A stretch of DNA of 63,386 bases, the filler included, from Octopus bimaculoides (Eukaryota), in NCBI RefSeq assembly GCF_001194135.2. It is 6 parts of 6 records of this genome, joined end to end, with 100 filler letters (N's around TTAATTAATTAA, not from the genome) between each part and the next. Parts side by side here need not be neighbours in the genome. Positions count along the whole stretch, not along the records: positions 1 to 20,198 come from NC_068981.1; 5 more parts are not named here. One strand, given 5' to 3'. The position numbers and the translations under genes were made by a program. Shown here piece after piece: positions 1 to 12,960 of the stretch. Position 1 is the first letter of the stretch. The number at the start of each line of letters is the position of its first letter. The notes under the pieces are model-generated. The model worked only from the letters and a program-made list of their open reading frames with translations, was not told the DNA's origin and did not search any database.

Positions 1-3
1 AAA

Positions 4-523
4 TTGGGGGGGGTGGCAGGGATTGCAGTTGAGATTGATGAAACGGTTTTGGTTAGGAGGAAATACAACCGAGGTAGACTTGTAAAGACTATTTGGCTTT
101 TCGGGGGAATTGAACGGGAATCGAAAAAAAAGTTTCTGATACCTCTATCATCGGAATGTGGGGAAGGGGAAAGACGAAATGCTGCAACTCTTATCCCCAT
201 AATCAGACGCCCCATCCGTCAAGGATCTATTATTTATAGTGACTGTTGGGGTGCTTACAGTTCCCTTCAAAATTTAGGTTATACCCATTTCAAAATTAAC
301 CATAGTGAGAACTTCGTCGATCCGGCAAACCCGTTAATTCATACACAGACTATAGAACGATTGTGGGGGGACCCTCAAAAGAGCTGTTCTACGGCCTGGA
401 ATTAAAGCGTGTTTTTTAAAGCAATATATTGCTCGGTACCAGTTTATGAAGGCTTTCCGTCCTGCTCCCAAAAGAATACACGAGTTTTTATTGCAGGCTG
501 CCAGTCTGTATCCAGGACCATGA
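4..523 (+). mobile_element. Merlin (IS1016/ISXO2-like) DDE transposase, C-terminal part, one +1 frameshift
   Basis: ORF has VEIDET...WLFGGIER...IYSDCWGAY...INHSENFVDP...HTQTIERLWG, the IS1595/Merlin DDE signature. Removing one G from the G6 run at 365-370 continues the frame as TLKRAVLRPGIKACFLKQYIARYQFMKAF...SLYPGP to TGA at 521-523. 5' part lies outside the window. Confidence 0.9.
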
Positions 524-753
524 AGAACCATGAAGATTTTCGTCCAGAGAAAAAATATCTTTACACGCGGCGGTTATCAATCCAGAGAATGTTTAATTGG
601 AGAAAAATTTGAAATAGAAAACATCAGCGTGGTAGATTTGTTGAAAATAATCAACAAATTTACCACGCACATGGGTAAGTATAGATTATTTTCACAATAT
701 TATTGATTGGAACAGAATACTTATCAATCGCAACTTCCAAATTTAGAAGTATT

Positions 754-1020
754 ACATGATTTTTGTTTCACTCCTGTGACCGGACATTGAGATTCAGCGC
801 TCGGGTTGTGTAGGGCTGACCGTGTGAATTTTCCGAGCTTTCTCCCCACCTACCGTTTGCCAGCGCGCATATTTTTNNNNNNNNNNACATGATTTTTGTT
901 TCACTCCTGTGACCGGACGTTGAGATTTAGTACTCGGGTTGTGTGAATTTTCCGAGCCCTCTCCCCACCCCACCCTTTCGCAGCGCACATTTTTTCCTTC
1001 ATATTTGTTCAATATACGGT
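754..1020. repeat. Two ~110-120 bp tandem units and a putative element end downstream of the Merlin ORF
   Basis: acatgatttttgtttcactcctgtgaccggac...gtgtgaattttccgagc...cagcgc occurs at ~754-876 and ~888-993, separated by a 10-N gap, so partial assembly redundancy is possible. Confidence 0.55.
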
Positions 1021-1099
1021 GCACTTCAACTACTACACTATTTTTTTTTCAATTTTTCCACCGAGTGCGGATCTATATGACATTCCAAACTTTCTTAAG

Positions 1100-1700
1100 G
1101 GTATAAGCAACATGCGCTCGAGAACTTTGCACCGCAGACTCATCTCAACTGAAATTACCATCACACTTAAAGGACATCCACCACTCCAGAATGATCATTA
1201 TCAAGTTTAATTAACAAGGAAAAAGTATCTGAAGTACTTGATTAGAAAGGTAAACACTGAGATTATTCATAGAATCAGTAAGTTTTATTTATTCTGAAAT
1301 ATTTGCCATTTCCTAGTTCATGAGTAAGAGGAAGGAAAATAAAGAGTTCGTTCACCAATAAGTCTGACATTAAAGTTTACGTTTAAAGCTGCCATTCGCA
1401 TCATGAAGAGCACAGAAATGTCAACATGCTTGTATTTTGTACAGATTTCTTTTGTTTTTGAAACAACATAAATAATTCCACAATATCTTTTTCTTTTATA
1501 AACAAAATTCAATCAATTCATAAGTTCAATTTTTCCTATGGCCTACACTTATTTTTAATATTCATTTATATAAACATTTATCGGTAGAATGGTGAAAAGC
1601 CTAAAATGTCCATTTTCGAAGATAAATTAATCAGAATTAAAAATAGACTGTTATCATCAAGACTTTTTTTCCCAGGAAACAAATTGCTGATAATTATAAA
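1100..1700 (+). mobile_element. Highly degenerate Penelope-like RT fragment (tentative)
   Basis: EITITLKGHP resembles the PLE ITLKDHK motif, followed by KYLIRKVNTEII; many stops and frameshifts. Confidence 0.3.
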
Positions 1701-2169
1701 CAGTAATGGCAAGAGTAGTCCTAAAAAAAGCGACTTTCAGGCAAAGCGTTATTTACATAAACAGTTTTAGAGAGTCATACAGAAATAGAAGCATGTTGAG
1801 AGTCATTTAAAGTACTAAGTAATAAACAGCAGAAACTTTGTTCCGAGTAAGATTTTTATATAAAGGAACCATTGTTTTAGAACAGACATTGGCAGTGAGT
1901 GAGAAGGAAAAACAAAACAAAAACATTTCCTTTCAAACAGTTTGCTTTCCACACGAAGAACTTAATGTCTATCAATCACACACTATATTACATATTCCAA
2001 ACATTAAATAAAGTTACATCATTTCCAGGCATAAAGTCAAATATTAGCAAGAAAAATCAGATTGGTCTGCATGTTTATGAACGTATTAGTAGCATATATA
2101 AATATATACACAGACACACACACATATATATATGTATATATATATACACACATACATACATCTTTATAC

Positions 2170-2395
2170 ATATACATCTATATATATAAATACATACATC
2201 TATCTACATATATAAATACATACATCTATCTATATATATAAATACATACATCTATCTATATATATAAATACATACATCTATCTATATATATAAATACATA
2301 CATCTGTCTATATATATAAATACATACATCTATCTATATATATAAATACATCTATCTATCTATATATATAAATACATCTATCTATATATATAAAT
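2170..2395. repeat. ~26-bp minisatellite (atatataaatacatacatctatctat)n
   Basis: About 8 near-identical units running into an N gap. Confidence 0.85.
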
Positions 2396-3433
2396 NNNNN
2401 NNNNNNNNNNNNNNNNNNNNNNNNNNNNNNNNNNNNNNNNNNNNNNNNNNNNNNNNNNNNNNNNNNNNNNNNNNNNNNNNNNNNNNNNNNNNNNNNNNNN
2501 NNNNNNNNNNNNNNNNNNNNNNNNNNNNNNNNNNNNNNNNNNNNNNNNNNNNNNNNNNNNNNNNNNNNNNNNNNNNNNNNNNNNNNNNNNNNNNNNNNNN
2601 NNNNNNNNNNNNNNNNNNNNNNNNNNNNNNNNNNNNNNNNNNNNNNNNNNNNNNNNNNNNNNNNNNNNNNNNNNNNNNNNNNNNNNNNNNNNNNNNNNNN
2701 NNNNNNNNNNNNNNNNNNNNNNNNNNNNNNNNNNNNNNNNNNNNNNNNNNNNNNNNNNNNNNNNNNNNNNNNNNNNNNNNNNNNNNNNNNNNNNNNNNNN
2801 NNNNNNNNNNNNNNNNNNNNNNNNNNNNNNNNNNNNNNNNNNNNNNNNNNNNNNNNNNNNNNNNNNNNNNNNNNNNNNNNNNNNNNNNNNNNNNNNNNNN
2901 NNNNNNNNNNNNNNNNNNNNNNNNNNNNNNNNNNNNNNNNNNNNNNNNNNNNNNNNNNNNNNNNNNNNNNNNNNNNNNNNNNNNNNNNNNNNNNNNNNNN
3001 NNNNNNNNNNNNNNNNNNNNNNNNNNNNNNNNNNNNNNNNNNNNNNNNNNNNNNNNNNNNNNNNNNNNNNNNNNNNNNNNNNNNNNNNNNNNNNNNNNNN
3101 NNNNNNNNNNNNNNNNNNNNNNNNNNNNNNNNNNNNNNNNNNNNNNNNNNNNNNNNNNNNNNNNNNNTATATTTACATACATATATTTACATACATACAT
3201 ATATACCTATATGTATACACATATACATATATATATACATACACATATATGTACACACATATATATACATATATATATACATATGCATATATACCAATAT
3301 ATATATATATATATATATACATATATATATACATACATACATATATATATACATACAAGCTGAAGCTTCACAAGTTGCTACTCTGAGTTTCCCGTTGCCG
3401 ATTTCGGAAGATAAATGAAAAAGGGAACATCTG

Positions 3434-3484
<51 letters not shown>

Positions 3485-4053
3485 ACGTACAATAATCATA
3501 TATGCTTTACAAGCAACACAAAAGTTTCAATATTAAAACCTTAAACATTAAAAATACTTGTATCGCTTAGTACATTCTTTAAAACAAATGCCTTGACAGT
3601 TTGATTAATTAATTCGCCAAACTTTTATTTATGTTAACAAAAAAAANNNNNNNNNNNNNNNNNNNNNNNNNNNNNNNNNNNNNNNNNNNNNNNNNNNNNN
3701 NNNNNNNNNNNNNNNNNNNNNNNNNNNNNNNNNNNNNNNNNNNNNNNNNNNNNNNNNNNNNNNNNNNNNNNNNNNNNNNNNNNNNNNNNNNNNNNNNNNN
3801 NNNNNNNNNNNNNNNNNNNNNNNNNNNNNNNNNNNNNNNNNNNNNNNNNNNNNNNNNNNNNNNNNNNNNNNNNNNNNNNNNNNNNNNNNNNNNNNNNNNN
3901 CTTGGTCCTTTGCAGTAGAACATAAGTTAGGGATACGGTTCAAGTTATTAATGCATCTTGGCTAAAAAGAAGAGACACAGGAATAACAATCTTTCCTTTT
4001 CAACATTTTTTTTTCAAACAGTTTGTTTTTTTATGACATTAATGTTTTTAGTC

Positions 4054-4095
<42 letters not shown>

Positions 4096-4180
4096 GTTAC
4101 AATGTTTATATACACTGACGGGCAATGGGCGGTTGCTTCTAAGGAGTGAAAACAAGGAATTTAACGTTCCTGTTTAAAAA

Positions 4181-4211
<31 letters not shown>

Positions 4212-5396
4212 TCAATGCAAAAAGATAGTGCTTCGTCTCACGTAATCTAGTGACATACTGTTACTATTAGGCTCAGGTTCTGGTTCATTAACGGAAACGT
4301 CAACTTTAGTCCACTGTTTAGTCTTGTTTGATTTACGTATGGCATCTACAACTGCCTGTACATAAAGCGCATCTTCAAAGTTTGAAGCAGACGCTACGGG
4401 TTCAGGATGCCAGTTTTGCCTCTCCTCTTCTTTCTCGAAAGCATCCTTGACAGCTTCAATCATATGAATTAGTCCTTTGAGATAAGGACTTGGTATTTCA
4501 GTTCGTGCTTTTGGAGAAATGCCATATCTCTCCTCTTCTTTTATAGGATCAAAATGAATTAGAGATTCTCGTGTGGCATTTAATCTTTGTTCGTATAAGT
4601 CCGAACCACGAGCTATCAACCGTCCTTTCCGGCCACAGACAAGAATCTCTTGTACAAATTGTCCAGTTATATGAGAATTTAGAGTAACATTTACACAGGC
4701 ACCTTTATCAAGCTCCATCTGGAAAGTGCAAAAGTCATCGCTTGTAATTTCTCTAATTCCTTTGATGTTTTGTGTTTGTTTTGTGTAAGTTTTGAGCATG
4801 CCGTGAACACGAACGGCCCGTTCCGAAGTCAAAAAAGTTATAACATCAATTATGTTACTTCCAAAGGTATTCAGAACTCCGCCACCCATTCCTTCGTCGC
4901 ACATCCAATCGTATTTTTCTTTCGGTAATCCTCCATAGTGAACCTTCACTTCACAAATGGTAATATTTCCAAGGCAACCGTCTTCGATAATTTTTTTCAT
5001 TTTAACTATAGTTGGCAAGAAACGAAGACCATAACACATAAGTGACATAAGTCTGGGATAATAACGAGCTGCTTTTACCATGAGTAAGGCATTCAGCTGC
5101 ATAGGTCCGGACGGAGAACTGCAGAGCACATGTTTACCAATGCCAAGTGCTTTAACAGCAATGTAAGACTGGCTATGAGGTGGGCAACCAATAACTACAA
5201 GATCGACATCTTTTCGTAATAGTACATCATCGACTTTGTGGGTGCTAAATGGAATGTCCAGCTCGGCAGCTAATGTTCGAGCATCTAAGTTTTCACTGCC
5301 CCATAATGCAACGACGGGAAAACCGCATACTTTGAGAATGGGTACAAATGATTGAATAGTAGCGGTGGTCCCGAAGACACCAACCCCGGGTAACAT
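4212..5396 (-). CDS. GFOD1: Glucose-fructose oxidoreductase domain-containing protein (GFOD1/2 orthologue), single coding exon, 394 aa
   Basis: Starts with MLPGVGVFGT (ATG at 5396-5394), the GFOD1 N-terminus; also DVLLRKDVDLV, AVKALGIGKHV, GGGVLNTFGS, ITSDDFCTFQ, ASNFEDALYV. Stop TGA at 4214-4212. The ORF-track start at 5522 is a TTG upstream extension. GFOD1 versus GFOD2 cannot be resolved. Confidence 0.95.
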   Translation of the reverse strand: MLPGVGVFGTTATIQSFVPILKVCGFPVVALWGSENLDARTLAAELDIPFSTHKVDDVLLRKDVDLVVIGCPPHSQSYIAVKALGIGKHVLCSSPSGPMQLNALLMVKAARYYPRLMSLMCYGLRFLPTIVKMKKIIEDGCLGNITICEVKVHYGGLPKEKYDWMCDEGMGGGVLNTFGSNIIDVITFLTSERAVRVHGMLKTYTKQTQNIKGIREITSDDFCTFQMELDKGACVNVTLNSHITGQFVQEILVCGRKGRLIARGSDLYEQRLNATRESLIHFDPIKEEERYGISPKARTEIPSPYLKGLIHMIEAVKDAFEKEEERQNWHPEPVASASNFEDALYVQAVVDAIRKSNKTKQWTKVDVSVNEPEPEPNSNSMSLDYVRRSTIFLH

Positions 5397-6457
5397 GGTG
5401 TTTAAGTGTTCTCCAAGAACAAAGTTGATAAATTTCTTCCAAAGAGTTAAGATAAACAATGTCAATGCGCCATGTTGTACCTCAATTTCATACAAAACGG
5501 TGTCAAACGAAATGTGTATCAACTCAAATTTTTACTGGGATGCTTTCACTTTATTTGACAATTCATGTTCCTCGTTTAGTAATTTAAAGTTATTTATCAG
5601 TTTTTCATTTTTAAAAATTGATTTAAATAAACATCTCCAGTTACTATAACATTAACTACACTTTGTTTTATCTAAATATTCCATTCACGATGCAAAATAC
5701 GCAAATTTTCTCCTTTTTTTTCAAATTACTGAATATTTTTTTCAATGTTGAAGATGAGCTATTTATATAAAATGTGTTAGCGTAGCTTATCAAGATGTTT
5801 TTTTATTATGATTGCACACTACTTTACTGTTACTATATCCAGATGTTATTCTATCATATATTTAAAGCGAATGAAATATCTAGGCAATTTCCATTTCTGA
5901 CACAGAAGCAATATAAAAATAAGTTTGTGTGTGTGTGTGGTTTCAGTTGAGATGACCCCATGTAAAACTGAAAGTACTATTTATTTTCAACACATATTCA
6001 ATATTTTGAATGGGTACAAAGTGGGTTTGGGCGTGGGACGATAAAACTTGAACTCTCTCGCTATACAAAAACGTTCCTTGTCAAGTCCTAAATACTTTTC
6101 ATTTTTCAATTTACAAATACAGTTTATCTTTACAATTTTTAGCTACTGTAACATCATAGCACTAATTCGAAATAACGTTGGCTTGACAACATTAACCACT
6201 ATTTGAAAATCGTAAGCAGTAGTATAAGAACAAACTTTTTAAAGAAAGTTTCCTAAACAGAATTCTTGCTTGAGATTCATAGTTCAAACAATCTTGATAC
6301 TTTGGAGAAAGCAGTGCGCTCACACTTCTATACAGTCGGTTGGATACATATTCATGCTACGTTCGAAATCCAATGGTTCTGAAGCGTAAATCTATTTTCT
6401 CTCAAGATGTGTTGAAGTTTTATTCAAAATGAATAGTAAGTATTTCTCCATCTAGAA

Positions 6458-6759
6458 CAGTGGTTCCCAAACTTTTTCGGGCTGCCGCCCCTCTTGACAC
6501 CCACTCCACATTCCTAGCGCCCCACCCCCAACTAACCATCACAAACATAGACCTCTTTCTGAAGCAAATTCAAAGCAATTGTGTTTCACAACCTAATGAA
6601 CCCATTATTTTGTTACTTTTACATGAATCATTATGCCATTATAGCCCCACTTTTTACATGAATCGCTACCCTCATTATCGCCCCATTTTTCCTCAACGCC
6701 CTCTTGGAACTTTTGCACTGCCCGAGTGGGGGCAATAACGCCCACTTTGGGAATCACTG
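6458..6759. mobile_element. hAT (Charlie/Buster-type) MITE, 302 bp
   Basis: TIRs CAGTGGTTCCCAAA / TTTGGGAATCACTG; perfect 8-bp TSD ATCTAGAA at 6450-6457 and 6760-6767, matching the Charlie NTCTAGAN preference. Confidence 0.93.
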
Positions 6760-6967
6760 ATCTAGAATTTCATCTCCAAGCATATAAACTTTGTCATTCT
6801 CTTAGTTATTTATAAGTCTTCGCCTGAGCACTGTGTTATCAATTTACTGATATTTGCAAATTCTCTATACTGTCAAATGATTTGTAATGTTAATTATGTT
6901 GATTATAAGAAAGAAAAGAATTCTCAAATGAACACACAAGTGAGAAAATGTTTCAGTAAGAAACTGA

Positions 6968-7200
6968 AAGCGGCGAGCTGGCAGAATCGTTAGCACGCCG
7001 GGCGAAATGCCTAGTGGTATTTCGTGTCTTTACGTTCTGAGTTCAAATTCCGCCGAGGTCGACTTTGCCTTTCATCCTTTCGGGGTCGATAAATTAAGTA
7101 CCAGTTATGCACTAGGGTCGATGTAATCGACTTAATCCCTTTGTTTGTCCTTGTTTGTCCCCTCTATGTTTAGCCCCTTGTGGGCAATAAAGAAGTAAGA
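6968..7200 (+). mobile_element. tRNA-derived SINE, family A, full length
   Basis: Head ggcgagctggcagaatcgttagc, B-box-like gagttcaaattcc, core ccgaggtcgactttgcctttcatcctttcggggtcgataaattaagtacca; repeated more than 12 times in the window. Confidence 0.85.
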
Positions 7201-7429
7201 AACTGAAGTATATATAAATTATGTATGACAAAAACAATGTAATCGATTCCTGATTTTCCCACTTGAGCTTGGGAAGGAATCGCTACATACAAAAGGCCAA
7301 GTTACATGTCCCATTTGTATTTCTTGGTCGCCATCACACTTTAGGCATATCAGCTGAAGAATGAGGTATTATACTGAACGGGAGAGAGAGAGAGAGAATT
7401 AAAATAGGTTGAAGGAGGAAGCACTTGCT

Positions 7430-10400
7430 GGTTTCAAAACACCAAACCTAGAAACTACCCTGCGACCACCATGGGACTTCAGGACTGGCCTCAGTTCCTA
7501 GCATGTTGCTGCCAGCTTTGTCATCTTGTCCTTTATTGTTGACTCCATCCTCCATTGCAGTGATGATCCTGCACACATCCAAAACATGACATGGCATGCC
7601 ATCTATGGACACATTGTTCCTCGAATTTACAAAGGTTATTGTCCCCTTTCCCCATTGTGATGTGCACCACGCATTTGGGGGGTTTAACCCAGACTTCTTC
7701 CATGACCTGCACAAAGGTATGCACTTTCTCTTCTGCAGGTTGCAGTGATGTGGTACATGGATGTCTCCACTCATACTTGATTATTGCCCTGTGTGACACT
7801 GACTCCTCAGCCTGTTCTGACCTGAGGGACATATTATACCAAAAAACGGCCTCGACCGGTGAGATGTGGCTACTCTCTGCTATGATCTTGATGGTGTGAT
7901 GACGCCTCTCCACAACCCCATTGCCACTTGGCCGGTATGCCACCCTGAAGAAACGGCTAACATGCCACTCATTGAACATTTTCCCCAGCATCTCCGAGTG
8001 AAACACAGTGCTGTTGTCCACAAGCAGCTCATCCACAGGGCCTCGTTCTAGGAATATCTCATTTAGTATTCTTGTGGTTTCCTCCATGGTTCCCATCTTT
8101 CTTTATTCCCCCCACCACCATGGCCAACTGCCCTGGTCCACAATCGACCATCGAGAGGTGTGTCCCCCTGCCGGTAGTGTGTCACGTCCACTGCCAGTTG
8201 TTTCCAGTTGTGTTCCACTGAAATTCTTCCTGCCTCATGCACACCCAGAGCAGGATCAATGGACTGGCACCTGTCACAGCTCCCAACTACTCTCTGCACA
8301 TTCTGCCTGGTTGTGTCAGAGCCAACTTTCCTGGTTAGGAACAGGGTCCCCATGTGATGCATGGTATACAGTCTCCTCAGCTCCGAGTCTCTCAGTCAAC
8401 ACACTGCAGCCACTCCTTGCTCCAGATCCTCCAGCACCTGCAACCAGGGTTTCTTTATTCTGATCAGGATGACCACTCTATTCCTCTCAGAGGGCACAAA
8501 AACCATACTCAGCCTCAGGTCAAACTTGGCAGCTAGCTCACCCAGAATTCACAAATGATATCTCTGCACCCCCTTTGGTTCGCACCCTCCACTTGCTGGT
8601 GACCACTGATCCCACCCATCTAAGTACAGTGGCCAAATTGGTCTGGATCTTGATGGCACACAGCCCCCACCTCAGGGCCAGGTTTAGCCCCTTCAACACG
8701 ACATCCAGCTCCACCACGTTGATGTGATTGCAGTCGTCCTTCTTCTTGAGCCAGGCCACATCCTCCACCATGAAACCTCCAATTTCCAGGACAATTCCTG
8801 TTGCTATGTTGCTGGCATCACACCACATGATCCTATTCTTCAATTTGGGCACATACCAGTTTCTTCTTACTGGGTCCTCTGCCATCACTCTCTCCAAGAC
8901 TTCTTGCATCATGGCAATTGTCATCTCACCCATGTTGTCACTCCACCTCACTCCTTCAGCTCACCTCTTGATGAAGCTGCATGCTGTCCGGAGTCATCCT
9001 GCAATCGGGTAGTGTCCCAGCAGCTTCCCACACACAGAAAACAGTTCTCGTCTACTCGTCTTGGAGTTCAGTTCTGGGATCTCATTCCCTCTCCAAAACA
9101 CCAACGCGCTGGCCTTGTCTCTCCATAGCTTGAGTCCCAGTGCAGCGCCTCCTTCCACCGCCTCCAGCGGTTTGGTAGTTAGCCCAAAACTGGTCAAATG
9201 GCTTATGACCTCCTTTGCCAACACTATGCTCTCGTCCACCAGGATGTCATCAATATAGGAATTGGTGGCTCTTTTCACTTTGCCTGCCTTTCCTAGGATT
9301 GTTTTGAGAATCGTTGCTCTAATCTTCAGTGCCGAATTTAGCCCGAATCCCAACCTGGTCAGGCAGTATGTCTGACCCTTATACCTTACTAGCTGATATT
9401 TCCACAGTCTGTCAGTCACATGCAGCTGCAGGTATGCCAACTTCAAATTGATGATTGTGGAGGCCCCTGTCATTTGCCTCCACTCTCTCAAGATTTTGCT
9501 GCAAATGTCTGTGGCTTCGCCACTCATATGGTACAATACATGGTTGTTCAGCTCTCAGAAATCTAATACTGGCCTGACTTTATGCTTTGTCGGCTGCACC
9601 ACTGCCATCAGTGGTAGCACTCCACTCTCCACTTTCTCCTTCCAAGGGATCAGAATGCCTCCTTTGATCCACCGTTCCTCCTCTCCCTCGAACTCGCTTC
9701 TGGCATCCCCTTCCGGGGTATGCTGATAGCAACCTACTGCATTTTTCAACATCAGAGGATCTCCCTTCCAGTACCATTCCACTGTCCACTGCCAGCCATC
9801 AAGCACAACCCGGAAAGCCTTGTCTGTAATGGTGTGTGCAGCATATTTTTCTTCGCAGCTCTCACCACTCTCCTGTCACGGACTCACATAACATCCCTGC
9901 ATCACCGAACGTTATACCGGCTTCATTGACCGTGACACCTCCCAAACGGACAATGGTGTCCATCCCCATCACTACATCGCTACTTCCTCTGCATTCAACT
10001 TCTGTACCATCAACAGCCCTTACACTACTCACTCCACTCCATTCTTCCACCACTTCCGGAGTCATTAGGATTGTTGAGCAGCCTCTGTCCACGAGGGCTC
10101 ATGACATCTTTCCATTCACCACGACATCTATTACTGGCAACGACTGTATACATGCCTCTATTCTTTTGACAGGATGACTACCAGTGCAGTAGTCTCTCTT
10201 ACTGTGTTTCCCAGAACGCATTCACTAGTGATGTGGCCTGTTTGTCTGCATCGATAGCAAATTACTCCAGGCCTGGGTTCCTTGTAGTCTCTCACCATAT
10301 GCGAACACTCACACTGAAAAAACTGCCCTTTGAAGAGTCGCACACGTTCCTTGTTTGACCCCTCTCTGCCGTTCTTTGTTTGACCCCTTCTTGTTGCAGT

Positions 10401-11280
10401 CACTGCTAAAGATGTCTTCCTGCAACATGAGACAATGACTCTGGCCCGAGATATTACCTCTCCCATTGCCATAGAGTGAATATTCGGCAGCTTTTGCAGT
10501 TTGACCGACACATGGTCAGGAAATCCTGTCAGAAATGCTAATTTAACTGTTTGTTCCAATGCGTCGTCCCTGTATCCCGCAAGTCTGGCCAATCTCCTGA
10601 TTTCGTTAGCAAACACATCAACCTGTTCACCCATCCACTTCACTTTCCCCAGTCAACCATATGCCATAAATGGCCCTTCTGTAAAAGCTTCCATCAGCCG
10701 GACTTCTATTTTTTCTGCACTTAACTGGTCCTTCTCCATTTCCAGGTATAGCGCCAACGCCAATCCATCAAGGTACAACAGTATGAAACTTGCTAGGTCA
10801 TCTATACCATGGAGCCTTGCCACCAACTAAATTTTTGCAGCCAAGCGGCAACATCTCCCCTGCTGCAAAATAGCCTAATCATCTCGTTCAAAACATGGAT
10901 CATACCCATCATTTTTTGTTTTTTTAAGCTAAAACAGCTTGTGATGTGAAGGAGGAAAAAGACGGGAGCAAAGAGAGAATTGCGGTAGTCTTACCTGTTG
11001 AACTGGAAGGGCCGCTCACAATGTCCACATGCTCTGTCTCGATCTGGAAGGGTCACTCACAACGTCTACGTGCTCTGTCTGCTGATGTACTGTCTAACAC
11101 GTCTGCTCTTGTATGCTGTCCACCACCAACTGACTACTCGCACCTTGCCAACCCCGCATGCCCACTGTGGCCCTTCTGGTGGGACCCACAGGCCCCATTT
11201 CTGACAGGACGTGTGTACTCCCTCTCTTTAGGTCCTTCCCTACAACACAGCCTGGCTCATAACACCACATCTATCTAACA
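7430..11280 (-). mobile_element. Degenerate Ty3/Gypsy LTR retrotransposon (gag-PR-RT-RH-IN) with candidate 5' LTR at ~10940-11280
   Basis: gag with CCHC knuckle CYRCRQTGHITSEC (~10158-10830); protease AL(V)DRGCST (~10090); RT LAYLQL...YCLTRLGFGLNS...YIDDI (~9000-9800); RNase H WCDAS (~8830); integrase HHMG..CDRC, DNSTVF, RPSGNGVVERRH (~7530-8360). Order is Gypsy-type; many stops and frameshifts. Confidence 0.92.
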
Positions 11281-12056
11281 TATAAATCTTCGTAATTCCT
11301 ATTAGCAAATGAAACGCGTACATGCAATGGAGAATAAATAATGCCAAAAAATTTCCCTTTTCCTGTTTTGTTATACAATAACTCTGCAAATAATATCTCC
11401 GTAATTCTCAATTTTAATTCGTATTTTGACTGACATACAGCAGCAACTGAGACTACATATTGATTGTAATAATGACATAAGATGTGCTTCAAGAGGAAGC
11501 AACTAATTACCTGTATAAAGTGCCTCCAAAAGTAACAATTTTGTAAACATATGGAAGGTTTTAAAGAAAGAAGGCAGTCATTGGCTTGCAAAAAGAAAGC
11601 TAATCAAAGAGAACAAGAAAGAAAAGCTCAAAATTACAGTATGATGATTGCAAGGTCAAGGAAAACTTAGGAATTGTTACATAAGATATTTTTCTATTCA
11701 AATTTATATTTCCATAATATATACCGTTCACAAAAACTTTACAAAATTTCTGGCAAGTACAATGTTAGTATAACAATGTATAATACAAAAATTAAATAAC
11801 CTCAAGGCAACGTAGCCTTAATGATAGCAACAGCAACAACATTATTTTCTGTGTTTATTATTAATATAAAAGAGTTTGAATTCCACATGTTAGCCTATCC
11901 AGAGGTTTCATGGCTTTCATCTAACCACACAGGGTATAGGAGTGGAGTGTAGAACTTTTTACTGAGCTCAAAACTTTGATTATATGTCATGCCTTCCAGC
12001 ACACTTCTGTGCTACACACACACACACACACATAAATGTATATGCATAAATATATG

Positions 12057-12101
<45 letters not shown>

Positions 12102-12148
12102 GTTTAGATACACATATTACAAAACGTAGAAGATGTGTAAATATTTCA

Positions 12149-12508
12149 TACAGATTCTACTGCAAACCAAATGAAAGGCTGTCACACATTAACACAGCCT
12201 CTTACCACCCACCTATCATATTCGTGACCCTAGTAAAGGATGTCAGCAAGAGGATTTCAACCCTGTCCTCCAGTCAAGAAATTTTCGACACCACAGTCCT
12301 CTATTATAATGAGGCTTTGGTGTCCATTGGGTTTAAGGATTGCATCTCCTATAAGCCGAGCCCTAGAACCTGCAAAAAGAAATGCTACTGTGAAGTTATT
12401 TGGTTTGCCCCACCATTCTTGCTCAATGTCAAGACTTGCATGGGAAGTATATTCCTTAGCTTAATGGACAAACACTTCACAATCACACACATTTGGGTGT
12501 TTGTTTAA
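12149..12508 (+). mobile_element. Penelope-like element fragment (RT thumb/linker)
   Basis: YCKPNERLSHINTASYHPP...KRISTLSSSQEIF...VIWFAPPF.LNVKTCMG.IFL.LMDKHF matches the PLE KPN/SNHPP/IIWFNPP/DKHF motif series. Confidence 0.8.
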
Positions 12509-12699
12509 CAGACACAACTTCAGTGTCTCTTTCTGTTGTGCACTCAGCTTTAAAAAAATATTAGTGAGCACCCCTAAACCATGAACAGAATCATTCATTG
12601 TAGGGTTTACAATGAATGCTCAGTGGAGGGGGTGAGTCGATGCCATTCCAAGGGTGTGGTATAGGAAGCTGAGGTGGTGACCAGCACTAGCAACACAAC

Positions 12700-12960
12700 A
12701 GCACCAACAACACGTCTGCTGATAACAACAGCAACAGTAATTGCAGCAGCAGCATGTCAAGCAGCAATGCCAACAACAGCACCAGCAATATACTCAGCAG
12801 TGGCAGCTATAGCAGTAGCAACTGCAACACAATGATCATTCCCAACAATAGCAACAGCGCAAGAGGCAGCAGCAACAACAGCGTCAACACCAGCATCAGA
12901 CCCAGCTGTGACAACAACATCGTTAGTGTTAACGACAGCAATAACAGCAGCTGTAACCAT
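12700..12960. repeat. Degenerate (CAG/CAA)n tract
   Basis: agcaacagc-type units; explains the low-complexity ORFs 12754-13008 and 12757-12999. Confidence 0.75.

Noticed and set aside
2382-3200. Long ORFs made of X, or of YI/CV/HT/LSIY repeats (many across the window)
   Set aside because: Translations of N gaps and microsatellites.
5397-5522. 42-aa N-terminal extension of GFOD1 in the ORF track
   Set aside because: Begins at TTG; homology starts at MLPGVGVFG (ATG 5396).
6968-7060. tRNA-like sequences at SINE heads
   Set aside because: They are SINE promoter regions continuing into SINE cores; no complete cloverleaf tRNA gene is supported.
7324-7334. TGGCGACCAAG on the minus strand resembling a PBS
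   Set aside because: Lies at the 3' side of the Gypsy element with no LTR before it, so the position is wrong.
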